Source of the DNA: a virus | IMG/VR virus record: IMGVR_UViG_3300036766_002281 | Location: 10,630 to 74,629 of that record | Direction: 5' to 3' (one strand) | DNA length: 64,000 bases | Shown: piece after piece, positions 26,998 to 36,417 of the stretch | Position numbering within the stretch: the stretch's first letter is position 1 | Layout: every line of letters starts with the position of its first letter | Translations under genes and position numbers: made by a program | The notes under the pieces: model-generated | What the model was told of the DNA's origin: nothing | Databases searched by the model: none | Seen by the model: only the letters and a program-made list of their open reading frames with translations

Positions 26998-27738
26998 ATG
27001 ACTGGAAAGGTATTGGAATTCAAAAATTATACAAAATGTAAAGTTTGTAAGATTGAGAAAGAAGATCAAACCTTTTTTGATTATTTTCATGGTTTAAGAT
27101 TTAAAGATAATCTTTCCCTATCTGCCCTTATTGAAAAGATAAGAATAAGATTTATGGAAAAGGGTATTCAGCTTCTTCTTCCTAACGAAGTAAATCTTTC
27201 AAATCACTTCAGCAAACACATTCCTTTAGATTTAGCGTCAAAGTATAAAGCTCAATCTCTGGTGAGAGCTTCCCAACAGTCTAAGGCAATTAAAAAAGAA
27301 ACTATTCAGACCTCAACGATTGTAAAAGAAAAGATTGCTATCTACGATGAGTTTGAAAAACTGTACAGCAAATTCAAAGGGGTAATTGAAGAATTTGAAC
27401 GAAAAGAGAATAATCAGATTACTGCTTTGAATTGGCTTCCGTATACAAGTTTGATTAGAGAGTTGAAATCTTTTCTCGTAGAGCTCAATAAAATGAATTC
27501 TAATGAGCAGATTGTAAAATTAGTTCTTCAAACTGCATTTCAGCAATACACGTTAGGAGCCCTTCAAGGAACGTTAAAGGAATGCGATCTGTTTAAGATG
27601 AGTTTGAAGAGTTACATTAAAGAATACGACGTTGTAGAAAAACTTGTGGATATGCATCAATCTAGATTGTATGATTGCCTATCATCAAGTAGCAAAGAAG
27701 CTATAAACCTTGTAAAAGAAGAGTACAAAATAGCCTAA
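26998..27738 (+). CDS. putative terminase small subunit
   Basis: CKVC...NLSNHFSKH N-terminus with helical body; upstream of TerL. Positional inference. Confidence 0.45.
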   Translation: MTGKVLEFKNYTKCKVCKIEKEDQTFFDYFHGLRFKDNLSLSALIEKIRIRFMEKGIQLLLPNEVNLSNHFSKHIPLDLASKYKAQSLVRASQQSKAIKKETIQTSTIVKEKIAIYDEFEKLYSKFKGVIEEFERKENNQITALNWLPYTSLIRELKSFLVELNKMNSNEQIVKLVLQTAFQQYTLGALQGTLKECDLFKMSLKSYIKEYDVVEKLVDMHQSRLYDCLSSSSKEAINLVKEEYKIA

Positions 27739-27771
27739 TCAATAAAACTTAACAAAGTAAGGGGTAGAAAA

Positions 27772-28455
27772 ATGTTTAAAAAGGTTATAGTTGCAGTAGC
27801 ATTATTGCTAGTTTGTTTTACCGTTAAGACGCAAACGCAGGCTCAGGCTGAAGATAGTTTGAAGCTTGAAAATGTATCTGTGCATGTTGGAAATCATATT
27901 CTTTCTAGTGCTCCTTCAGGAATATCGGGAACTCAGTTCGAATACGGTATTGAAACTGAGTTTAACGTTAGACATTGGAAGAATTGGAGGATAGCAGCAT
28001 CTATCTCTAGATCATCTTCTTCTGGGTCTGAGGCATTTAAGGAATCATCTTCTTCATGCACAACAGTTTCAGCAGTTCATTACAACGATGATTATATGCC
28101 TCTGCCTACTTCGCATACTGTTTGCACAACTGCAGATTCAGTTTACTACAGCTCCAGTTCTTTGGATCTTTTAACTTTAGATCTTGGAATTAAAAGGCAT
28201 TGGCATTTGCACAAACATCTTGAGACATCAGTTGGATTAGGATTGAATCACGTGAACGCAGATTTTCATTCTGGAGGTAGATCTGATACGAATTCAACGC
28301 TGGGAGTTTTTGTATCAACAGGAATTCAGCTAGAGCATAAAACATATCTATTTGGAGTAGATCTAAAAGCTAGCACAGATCCAGTAACGTTGAATGGCAA
28401 CAGAGTAGATGTTGGTGGAACTTCTATTATGGTGCTGGCTGGAAAATCTTTCTAA
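27772..28455 (+). CDS. outer-membrane beta-barrel protein
   Basis: Signal peptide ending AQA; alternating beta-strand pattern; C-terminal Phe. Confidence 0.75.
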   Translation: MFKKVIVAVALLLVCFTVKTQTQAQAEDSLKLENVSVHVGNHILSSAPSGISGTQFEYGIETEFNVRHWKNWRIAASISRSSSSGSEAFKESSSSCTTVSAVHYNDDYMPLPTSHTVCTTADSVYYSSSSLDLLTLDLGIKRHWHLHKHLETSVGLGLNHVNADFHSGGRSDTNSTLGVFVSTGIQLEHKTYLFGVDLKASTDPVTLNGNRVDVGGTSIMVLAGKSF

Positions 28456-28494
28456 CGTTAAACGAAAGAACGTTACTAACGAAAGGAAATTGCT

Positions 28495-30531
28495 ATTAAG
28501 GTTGTTCCTTCAACGGTAAATTTTACTTTAGATGATGTAGCAAGCAATCTACAGAATATCATCGAAAAGTTTGAAAAGCCCGGTACAGGTAGGTTAACTG
28601 ATAACGTAAGCCATGTTGACTACATGGTTCATCAAGCTCAAGGACAGGATCTTTCTCTCGATACCTTTTTCAAGAAGCTTGGTGGGCCAGCCCCCAACAT
28701 TATCGAATGGGCTTCTCGACCTGAGTATTTGAATTTTATTATTGAGGACGAGGATTCAGAAGAGTTAAGAGGAATCTACGAACACTATGGACAGTATGAA
28801 ACATTAAGAGATTTTTTCGAACTACTGTGTCCAATTTGTTCTAGACCAGAAGATCAGGATTGTTGGGGTAAAAGTAGAGAAACTTTAGAAGCCCAAACTC
28901 TTTTGATATGGAGTGCCGAATACAAAGAAGACATTTGTCCAAAGTGCCATAGCACCAGATCTGAGTTAGAAGAATCTGGAATGTTTAATGCCTACGATAC
29001 AATGCTTCTTATCGTAGGCATGCGATCGTCTAAATCAACAACAGCAGGAATAATTGGATCGTTCATTGAGCATAAAGTTTTGCTATCTCCCTCACCTCAA
29101 AAGTTTTTAGGCCAGGCTCCTAGGCAGCTCTTCGAAGTATCCTTTGTTGCTACTACCGCCAAACAGAGTGAGAAAACTGTTTACGAAGTGTATAAAGGTT
29201 TGAGAGATAACTCTCCATGGGTACAATCTTACCTTAAACGCTTGAAAGAGATTGAAAAGTTCAAAGGTCAGTATTATGATGATGGAAGTAGTACATCGGT
29301 AAAATACAAGCATATCAACGTTAATTTCGAGAGTCTAAACAGTAACAGCAGTGGCATTGCTGGAGGAACTAGGATTGCTGCGTTTATAGATGAGTTGGCT
29401 CGGTTTGATACTACTGAAAGTAAAAGAAGCGCAAAAGAAATCTACCGAGTTTTTAATCAAGGACTTAGAACAATTAGGTCGGTCAAAAAGCGCAAGAATA
29501 TTCCTAATTGCTATGGATTGCTCGTTTCAACGACTTCTCCATTAACGGCAAGAGACTATTCCATGCAGTTAGGTCAAAAAGCGGCAATTTTGAAGAAGAT
29601 GTATTTCATTCATAAATCAACCTGGGCTTTCAATCCTTACGAGCCGGAGGAAAATTTTGTAGAAGATTTTAAACTTGATCCTGCTGGAGCGGCTCGAGAC
29701 TTTGGGGCAACCCCGCCACTTGCTGAAATACCATTCGTAACAGACGTGGAAAACTTCCATCGAAGCATTGATGACCTATTAAAACCAACTGCTATCTTTA
29801 AATATATTAGTTCGAAAGATCCAACTGGAATTGATTATGTTGCTGCTCAGGTCGAGTTCTGTCAGTTGGATAGAATCTCAAATAAAGTTATCTTTGGTGA
29901 CGCTGGAAAATCTGGGGACAGTTTCGGACTGGCCTGCGCCCACGGAGAGTGGAAAACAATTGATATAGCCCACGCTGCGACTAAGGTCTGGGTTACTGTG
30001 TTCGATTGGATAATGGCAATTGTTCCAACTCAAAATCCAAGAAGAATTGTTTCGTTTACTTGTATTCCATTATTGGTTAAAGATCTTGCAACAAAGCATA
30101 AAATTGCTATGATAAGATTTGATAGATGGAATAGTGAATCTATTATACAAGAGCTCAGGCAATCGAGAATTGACTCGGATGTTTTCAAACTGAGGGTCGA
30201 ACACTATAAAACTTTTATACAGGATGTATATGGAAGCAAGGTTTCAATGTTACCACCTCTTCCTTCTGATGCAGGAGAAGATCCTTACCATGGAATGAGT
30301 GCGCAGGGAAGAGTCATCCACGAAATTTTGCATTTGGAGAGATCCCCAGATCTAAAGTCAGTTGATCATAGAGCTGGAGAACATAATGATCTCGCCGTTT
30401 GTGTTGTTGGGGCACATTATCTGGTTCAATCTGTTTTACCGACGCACTTTCTCGGTGGAGCCGGATCTGCGCAAGGAGTACAGCATGCTCAAGATTTTGT
30501 AGGAAGTATTGGAAAGTTTCGTCGGTGGTAA
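28495..30531 (+). CDS. terL: terminase large subunit (probable ATT start at 28495; first ATG 28624)
   Basis: Walker A-like VGMRSSKST, VATTAKQS, Walker B FIDELA, STTSP, nuclease DAG..GDSFG, FDRWNS, DH..GEHNDL. Confidence 0.85.
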   Translation: MKVVPSTVNFTLDDVASNLQNIIEKFEKPGTGRLTDNVSHVDYMVHQAQGQDLSLDTFFKKLGGPAPNIIEWASRPEYLNFIIEDEDSEELRGIYEHYGQYETLRDFFELLCPICSRPEDQDCWGKSRETLEAQTLLIWSAEYKEDICPKCHSTRSELEESGMFNAYDTMLLIVGMRSSKSTTAGIIGSFIEHKVLLSPSPQKFLGQAPRQLFEVSFVATTAKQSEKTVYEVYKGLRDNSPWVQSYLKRLKEIEKFKGQYYDDGSSTSVKYKHINVNFESLNSNSSGIAGGTRIAAFIDELARFDTTESKRSAKEIYRVFNQGLRTIRSVKKRKNIPNCYGLLVSTTSPLTARDYSMQLGQKAAILKKMYFIHKSTWAFNPYEPEENFVEDFKLDPAGAARDFGATPPLAEIPFVTDVENFHRSIDDLLKPTAIFKYISSKDPTGIDYVAAQVEFCQLDRISNKVIFGDAGKSGDSFGLACAHGEWKTIDIAHAATKVWVTVFDWIMAIVPTQNPRRIVSFTCIPLLVKDLATKHKIAMIRFDRWNSESIIQELRQSRIDSDVFKLRVEHYKTFIQDVYGSKVSMLPPLPSDAGEDPYHGMSAQGRVIHEILHLERSPDLKSVDHRAGEHNDLAVCVVGAHYLVQSVLPTHFLGGAGSAQGVQHAQDFVGSIGKFRRW

Positions 30532-30560
30532 ATGTTTTAGTAAAAATGGAGGGAATTTGA

Positions 30561-30992
30561 ATGCAAGATTCAATTACCATTAAAGATGAAAGAGCTACGA
30601 CTAGTAAGGTAGGAAAGTATTTTTGTAAGATAGCTGGTATAATTAATTTTGAAGGATTGGGTAGTTCAGGTCCGTTTGATACAGAAGAAGAAGCTATTCA
30701 AGCTGGTTGTAAAGAATGGTCCGGTCAAGTATTTATGGTTGGAAGAGGAGAACTTAGGGCACCAAGATTAAACGGGTATGCGTTAATAGATCAATGCTAT
30801 CAGAATTTTTTGGAAGAAACACATTTGGATTCTGTCGTTGATACTTGGCTTCTGAATGTTACTAAGGGGCATGAAAAAGATTTAAGCGCAATGATTTCTA
30901 AAACTTTTTCAGAATGGTTAGAAAAATATGGCTTCGATCATTACTGGGAAATTATTAAAGTAACTAGAATAATTAATATTGATGTAAAATGA
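30561..30992 (+). CDS. hypothetical protein
   Basis: GPFDTEEEAI motif; SD GGAGG. Confidence 0.7.
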   Translation: MQDSITIKDERATTSKVGKYFCKIAGIINFEGLGSSGPFDTEEEAIQAGCKEWSGQVFMVGRGELRAPRLNGYALIDQCYQNFLEETHLDSVVDTWLLNVTKGHEKDLSAMISKTFSEWLEKYGFDHYWEIIKVTRIINIDVK

Positions 30993-31098
30993 AAGATCAT
31001 CTTAATAAATATGGTCCTGAGTATTTTTTAGTAGTTTATGTAATAGTTTTTCTTAGTTTTGTTTATTGGCTTTCAAATTTAAAATGAAGGAGTATTAA

Positions 31099-31545
31099 AT
31101 GAAAAAATCATTTGTCGAATTAACTAGTAATCAGATTCTTGAGAAGTTTCCAGATGCTACTCAAGTCAACTCATTTTTTGAAATTGCTCAGGCTATGATT
31201 GATTCTGGAGTAGAAGAGAAAGAGATTAAGAAGACCTTGAAAGAGTTGTATGGTGCTACGAAAGAAGATTTAGAAAGGTTGACTGAAAAGTTTTTCAAAC
31301 GTAAGCAAGGGGAAGTCGAAAAAACTGCCGGAAAAGAATCTGATGAAGTTATACGAGAAGAGTTAGCTACTGTTAGAAATGAAATGAATCGTCTGATAGG
31401 AAGATTAGAATTTTTAGAAGGAAATATTCCTATAACTCAATCAGATTTAGAATCTAAAATTTATGATATTGTAAAAGAATTTGATAACACTTTACAACTG
31501 TTGAATACTTTGGTGGAGTCCTTAACAGAATCCAAAGAAAGTTGA
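31099..31545 (+). CDS. helical hypothetical protein (KTA motif)
   Basis: 148 aa; SD AAGGAG. Confidence 0.7.
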   Translation: MKKSFVELTSNQILEKFPDATQVNSFFEIAQAMIDSGVEEKEIKKTLKELYGATKEDLERLTEKFFKRKQGEVEKTAGKESDEVIREELATVRNEMNRLIGRLEFLEGNIPITQSDLESKIYDIVKEFDNTLQLLNTLVESLTESKES

Positions 31546-31564
31546 CTTTCAGATAAAGGAACAA

Positions 31565-31726
31565 ATGCGAAAACAATATAGAATCAAGCGTAGATCATGT
31601 GCGATGTGCAAGCCAAACAAAATGGGCTGGGCAAATAGATTTACAAGTAAGGAGCAGGGCCTTCAAAAAGTTCACGATAAAGAAATCAAAGATACCTTAC
31701 AACGAGGACAATCGAGGAGAAGCTAA
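31565..31726 (+). CDS. small basic protein (RRSCAMCKP)
   Basis: 53-aa ORF read manually; its stop overlaps the next ATG. Confidence 0.55.
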   Translation: MRKQYRIKRRSCAMCKPNKMGWANRFTSKEQGLQKVHDKEIKDTLQRGQSRRS

Positions 31727-33732
31727 TGCCAGGAAATTTAATTAATATAACGGTAATGAATCAAAGCACTGTTTTAACTGACGGAGCTATTCTTGCTAGT
31801 ATTCCTGATTTTCAAGTGCAGATTAGTAGAGATTTTGCCCCAGCATGGGGAGTAGATGCTGCCTTGAACTTTTTATCATCAAGCGAGATCGCAGATCATC
31901 CTGAAAAATTAGCAGACGTGGCTAATCATTATTGGCTAGTAATTTTGGATACAAGTGACGTTGCTTGTTTTACAGGAGATACCAAAGTATCTTTAATGAA
32001 TGGAACTGAAGTAACTTTTAAGGACCTTGTAGAAAAATATTCCGATAAACAATTTTATGTATATTCTTATGATATTGAAAATCAGGAAATAGTTCCAGGG
32101 CTGGCACATTCCCCCAGACTAGCAAAACAGAATTCCAAACTAGTAGAAGTTGAATTAGATAATGGTGAAAAAATTAAATGTACCCCTGATCATTTATTTT
32201 TAATGAGAGATGGAACGTATAAAGAAGCTCAAGATTTGAAAGAAAATGATTCTCTTATGCCGTTGTATAGAAGTTTTACTGTTAAGGATCCGCATAAGAG
32301 AGTGAGAGTTGGTTATGAGTTATGTCATGCTGGCAGTTGTTCTGAAGAACAATTTACCCATTATTTATCTGGTAAGTTATCGAATACTGGCAGTTGTTCT
32401 GTTTGTGGTTCAATTCTTCCAGATTATGCTCATCAAATAAGACATCATAGAGATTTTAATAAACTAAATAATTCTCCTGAAAATATCCAATGGCTTACTT
32501 CTCTAGAACATGCAGAGCTTCATCAACGTCTTTCTAGAAATCTTGCTATGTATGCTAAAACAGAAAAGCATAAAAAAAGAGCTAGTGAAACGTTGAAAAA
32601 ATGGTGGCTATATTCCCGAGATATTATGTTAGAAGGTTGCCGTAAAGGAGGGGCTTCTGTTGATGGGACAAAAAATCTTATGGAATGGAATAAATCTGAA
32701 GAAGGTAAAAAGCTTTCACTGGAAATGGTTGATAAATTTTTAATACCTTATGCTAGATCTAAAGAAAATAGAGAAAAAATGAGATTGCTAGGTCCAGAAA
32801 GACTAACAGCTTACAATGTATCAGATAAGGGAAGATTAAAATCGAGAGAAACAGCTTTAAAAAAGCATCGTGAAGGTATCTTAAATCCAAAAGAGTTTGT
32901 AACGCAATTGCATAAAGAAGGAAAACTTCCAGGATTTAATAATCATGATAGATGGCATGTAAAAAGAGAGATTAAAAAAGAAGATTGTATAGATTGTAAT
33001 TTAGACACTTTGTTTGAAAATTGTGTTCCTGAAGCCATGAAAGAATTGCAATTTAATCACAAAGTAGTATCGGTAAAATTTCTTAATCATGTTGAAGATG
33101 TTTATGATATTACCGTAGAAAAATACCATAATTTTGCTTTGACCTCAGGAGTTTTTGTACATAATTCAGCTCTCGGATATCATGATTTGAACCCAGCGGG
33201 TTATCCTATTTCAAAAGTATTTGCAAAATCTGATCTAGACTATGGGACTAGCTGGACTAATACAGTAAGTCATGAATTATTGGAAATGCTGGCGGATCCG
33301 AATATTAATAAAACGGCTCAAGTACAAGATCCAGGAACTGGAAGAGATGTTTTTTATGCTATCGAAGTGTGCGACGCCCCGGAAGCAGACCGCTACGGGT
33401 ATCTGATTAATAATACCTTAGTATCTGATTTTGTATTTCCAAGCTGGTTTCAACCTTTCGGCCGAGCTCCTTTTGATCATTGTAACCATATCACTGCTCC
33501 ATTTCAATTGATGCCTGGTGGGTATATTGGAAAGTATGATTCAGCTCAAGGGGGCTGGACTCAGGTAACTGCTGAATCTGTGACATCTGCGAAGGTTATT
33601 CTGCATCAAGGTTTGTCAATTGATTCGTTTAAAAGATCTTACGGTTCTATTCCAAAAGTTGGAAGTCGTAGGGAACGTAGAAGCAGGCCTCACTATCAAT
33701 GGATTCATAGTCAAATCAAATCTGGGTCATGA
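31726..33732 (+). CDS. zincin-like metallopeptidase interrupted by an intein
   Basis: Extein ALGYHD...SHELLEMLADP...EVCD; intein from CFTGDTKV to VFVHN/S. Confidence 0.8.
   Translation: MPGNLINITVMNQSTVLTDGAILASIPDFQVQISRDFAPAWGVDAALNFLSSSEIADHPEKLADVANHYWLVILDTSDVACFTGDTKVSLMNGTEVTFKDLVEKYSDKQFYVYSYDIENQEIVPGLAHSPRLAKQNSKLVEVELDNGEKIKCTPDHLFLMRDGTYKEAQDLKENDSLMPLYRSFTVKDPHKRVRVGYELCHAGSCSEEQFTHYLSGKLSNTGSCSVCGSILPDYAHQIRHHRDFNKLNNSPENIQWLTSLEHAELHQRLSRNLAMYAKTEKHKKRASETLKKWWLYSRDIMLEGCRKGGASVDGTKNLMEWNKSEEGKKLSLEMVDKFLIPYARSKENREKMRLLGPERLTAYNVSDKGRLKSRETALKKHREGILNPKEFVTQLHKEGKLPGFNNHDRWHVKREIKKEDCIDCNLDTLFENCVPEAMKELQFNHKVVSVKFLNHVEDVYDITVEKYHNFALTSGVFVHNSALGYHDLNPAGYPISKVFAKSDLDYGTSWTNTVSHELLEMLADPNINKTAQVQDPGTGRDVFYAIEVCDAPEADRYGYLINNTLVSDFVFPSWFQPFGRAPFDHCNHITAPFQLMPGGYIGKYDSAQGGWTQVTAESVTSAKVILHQGLSIDSFKRSYGSIPKVGSRRERRSRPHYQWIHSQIKSGS
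31966..33165 (+). mobile_element. intein (400 aa) with HNH-type homing endonuclease
   Basis: N-terminal C, block B CTPDHLF, HHRDFNKLNNSPENI..L..EH, VYDITV..HNFAL..VHN followed by Ser. Confidence 0.92.
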
Positions 33733-33917
33733 AAAATTCTTTAATCTATTTAGGTATTTACATTTTTGGGTTTGTTTCCCCGTTTGTACTTGGCGTCATA
33801 TTGCCATGTATTGTAGATTATTTCGATAACAGAAAAAGGGAAAAAGGAATAGCCAACGAATGGAAAGAATGGAATGAGAGACGAATCAATTCTCATACTC
33901 ATAGAAGAAGTTCTTAA
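33729..33917 (+). CDS. small membrane protein
   Basis: N-terminal TM helix; ATGA overlap. Confidence 0.55.
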   Translation: MKNSLIYLGIYIFGFVSPFVLGVILPCIVDYFDNRKREKGIANEWKEWNERRINSHTHRRSS

Positions 33918-35541
33918 ACGAAATTGGTCCAAAGTAAAAGAACTCGTTCACGCACTGGGAGAAAAACTTAGTCCTGATGAATTTGAAAAGGAACTAAGTC
34001 CTTTATCAATTTTTATTAGGTTATACAAAGATGTTGGCCTTTCGGCTCTAGACATAGTACGAGATTATGAAGAGCAGATATGGTCCATGAAAAAAGATTC
34101 TGACTATGTAGATCATGGAATGTATTCTTTAACCAGAAATAAGATGAAGCCTTTTGAAATGGAACCAACTAAAGGGCCATATCCAAGAGCCTTATCTCCA
34201 GTTCAAAAAAGTATTGGAGATATTTCTATGTTCGATCGTATTAGCAGCTCTTTTCAATCTGTTTTGAAATCGTTAAGAAAGAGATTAGTAACTGCTGATA
34301 AAACATTGTTTGAAAACAAGTGGACCTGCATCAAGGAAACCGACGACGGATATGTTTACTATGAAGGAATTGATGGGGTAGGGGTTCTTCCCTACAAAAT
34401 TGATGAAGATACGAATAAGATATCGTACCTGGTTCGGGACGAGCACAATCCACTGTTCCAAAACTTTATCACAGTTGTTACAGGAAGACGAGCAGAGGAT
34501 GAGCACGATGATGAGAATTGGATGATCAATACTGCCGTAAGAGAGCTCTTCGAAGAGGCAGGAATTGAAGCTGAGCCAGAAAGATTTACGTATGTTGGGG
34601 AACTTGCCAATGGTAAAGGAAGTACTCCAACAGATAAGTTATTTATCGTAGACGTTACTGGGCTGGAACAGACAACGCCAGAAACAGATGGATCTTCCTA
34701 CGAGGCCAAGAGCAGTAATTTCTGGGTTGACCAAGACGAATTCAATCAGCATTGTGCTAATTCCTTTTGTCCCTACCTTCCAAAATTTCTTAGTAAATTA
34801 GTACAAATCCACAACGAATCTTCTAAGGAAGGTTGCTTAGCAAGCGTAGGAGTAGCAGATCTAATCAAGGAAGCAAGTGAATCTTTAATGCTGACTCCAA
34901 AGAATACTGATCTGGCTCCACAAGTAGATTGGAGGTACCCCGTAAGGCAAGAAAATCCGGGTATAGGGCATAGACCATTTATGAGGAATGATCTACCGTT
35001 TACTAGATTGAAACCATCAGAAGAAGATTCTCATACGTTCTTCTTCGGTCCTGCCTTTCCTCAGAACTTAACAAAATTGAGAAAGGTTAAGAAGTCTTCT
35101 TATTTCCCTAGAGTTTTTCTTTGCATTCCAAGATTCAAGATAGCTCAGGAGAAGCAAGTAACCCCTTACATTGGGGTTGATTTGGATGGAACACTTGCTC
35201 ATTATGACAAGTGGAGAGGAATTGAGCATGTCGGCAAACCTATTATGACAATGATAAATCGGGTAAAAGAATGGTTACAACTAGGAATTAGGGTTAAAGT
35301 ATTTACAGCAAGAGCTTCTGAACCTGCAGCCATTCCTTATATTGCTAAATGGTTGGAGGAACAAGGTCTTGGTGGTCTTGAGATAACCAACATCAAAGAT
35401 CATTATATGATACAAATCTGGGACGATCGTGCAGTAGCAGTTATCCCGAACACGGGTATCCCAGTAATGGAAAACCCAGATGAGAGAGTATTGGATGAGA
35501 CCCGTAAAGAGTTGGAGTTAGTTGAAAAGGAGTATAGATAA
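33874..35541 (+). CDS. Nudix hydrolase + HAD-family phosphatase fusion
   Basis: TG..E...AVRELFEEAG (Nudix box); IGVDLDGTL..FTAR..WDDRAV (HAD). Confidence 0.85.
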   Translation: MRDESILILIEEVLKRNWSKVKELVHALGEKLSPDEFEKELSPLSIFIRLYKDVGLSALDIVRDYEEQIWSMKKDSDYVDHGMYSLTRNKMKPFEMEPTKGPYPRALSPVQKSIGDISMFDRISSSFQSVLKSLRKRLVTADKTLFENKWTCIKETDDGYVYYEGIDGVGVLPYKIDEDTNKISYLVRDEHNPLFQNFITVVTGRRAEDEHDDENWMINTAVRELFEEAGIEAEPERFTYVGELANGKGSTPTDKLFIVDVTGLEQTTPETDGSSYEAKSSNFWVDQDEFNQHCANSFCPYLPKFLSKLVQIHNESSKEGCLASVGVADLIKEASESLMLTPKNTDLAPQVDWRYPVRQENPGIGHRPFMRNDLPFTRLKPSEEDSHTFFFGPAFPQNLTKLRKVKKSSYFPRVFLCIPRFKIAQEKQVTPYIGVDLDGTLAHYDKWRGIEHVGKPIMTMINRVKEWLQLGIRVKVFTARASEPAAIPYIAKWLEEQGLGGLEITNIKDHYMIQIWDDRAVAVIPNTGIPVMENPDERVLDETRKELELVEKEYR

Positions 35542-36106
35542 CCAAGTGCAAACTATTCAACTAACTCAGAATCAAACGACTATTGTTTCTGATGAAGACT
35601 TTGAATATCTAAATCAATTCAAATGGTATGTTCTTAAATCTTTGACTTCCTCTGGAATAGAAAAATTCTATGCTGTGAGAAATATTCGTAATCTTGCAAC
35701 AGGAAAACAAATTCTTGTGTTTATGCATCATGAAATTATACGTCGCATAATTTCAGTCGAAGAATACCAATCTTATAGAGATCAAGGTCTACTGATAGAT
35801 CATAAGAACAGAAACAGGCTCGACAATCAACGACCTAATCTCCGCTGGGCTACTTCTCAACAAAATAATTGGAATCGATCTTTTCAATCGAACAATACTG
35901 ATAAATACAAAGGTGCTAATAGGCAAGTAAGTAAATACAAAGATAAAATATATCTAAGCTGGCATTCAGAACTAGGGTACAACAAGCAGAGAATTTCTTT
36001 AGGGTATTTCAAAACCGCACTAGAAGCAGCTCTAAGGTACGATAGTTTTGCAAGATTTTTATACGGCGAATTTGCTGTCTTGAATTTTCCAGATTCATAT
36101 TACTAG
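35522..36106 (+). CDS. HNH homing endonuclease with AP2 domain
   Basis: IDHKNRNRLDNQRPNLR; YKG..SLGYF.TALEAA..YD..YGEFA.LNF. Confidence 0.9.
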   Translation: MKRSIDNQVQTIQLTQNQTTIVSDEDFEYLNQFKWYVLKSLTSSGIEKFYAVRNIRNLATGKQILVFMHHEIIRRIISVEEYQSYRDQGLLIDHKNRNRLDNQRPNLRWATSQQNNWNRSFQSNNTDKYKGANRQVSKYKDKIYLSWHSELGYNKQRISLGYFKTALEAALRYDSFARFLYGEFAVLNFPDSYY

Positions 36107-36126
36107 ATCAATACTAAAATCAAAGG

Positions 36127-36417
36127 ATGTATATGGTTACTGGATATACCAATTACTTTCGAGACAAATGGAAGCAACAATTCCAGGAAGAGCCATCTGT
36201 TGAAAAACTAAACAAGCAGATGGATCTCAGCATAAGGATTCAGCCTTACTTGATTTTCTGGGACAGTAAGGCAGCAAAACTGGTAAAGATTCTTGCCTCG
36301 TATTGGATTCCTGATAGTAATATCGTTGTGAAGGTGGATTTTGAAAGCAAGTCATTCGTAACGTACTACTCACCTCAAGATATTACAAGTGAGGTAGAAA
36401 AGGTAGTAGGAACATGA
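36127..36417 (+). CDS. hypothetical protein
   Basis: 96 aa; ATGA overlap. Confidence 0.6.
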   Translation: MYMVTGYTNYFRDKWKQQFQEEPSVEKLNKQMDLSIRIQPYLIFWDSKAAKLVKILASYWIPDSNIVVKVDFESKSFVTYYSPQDITSEVEKVVGT

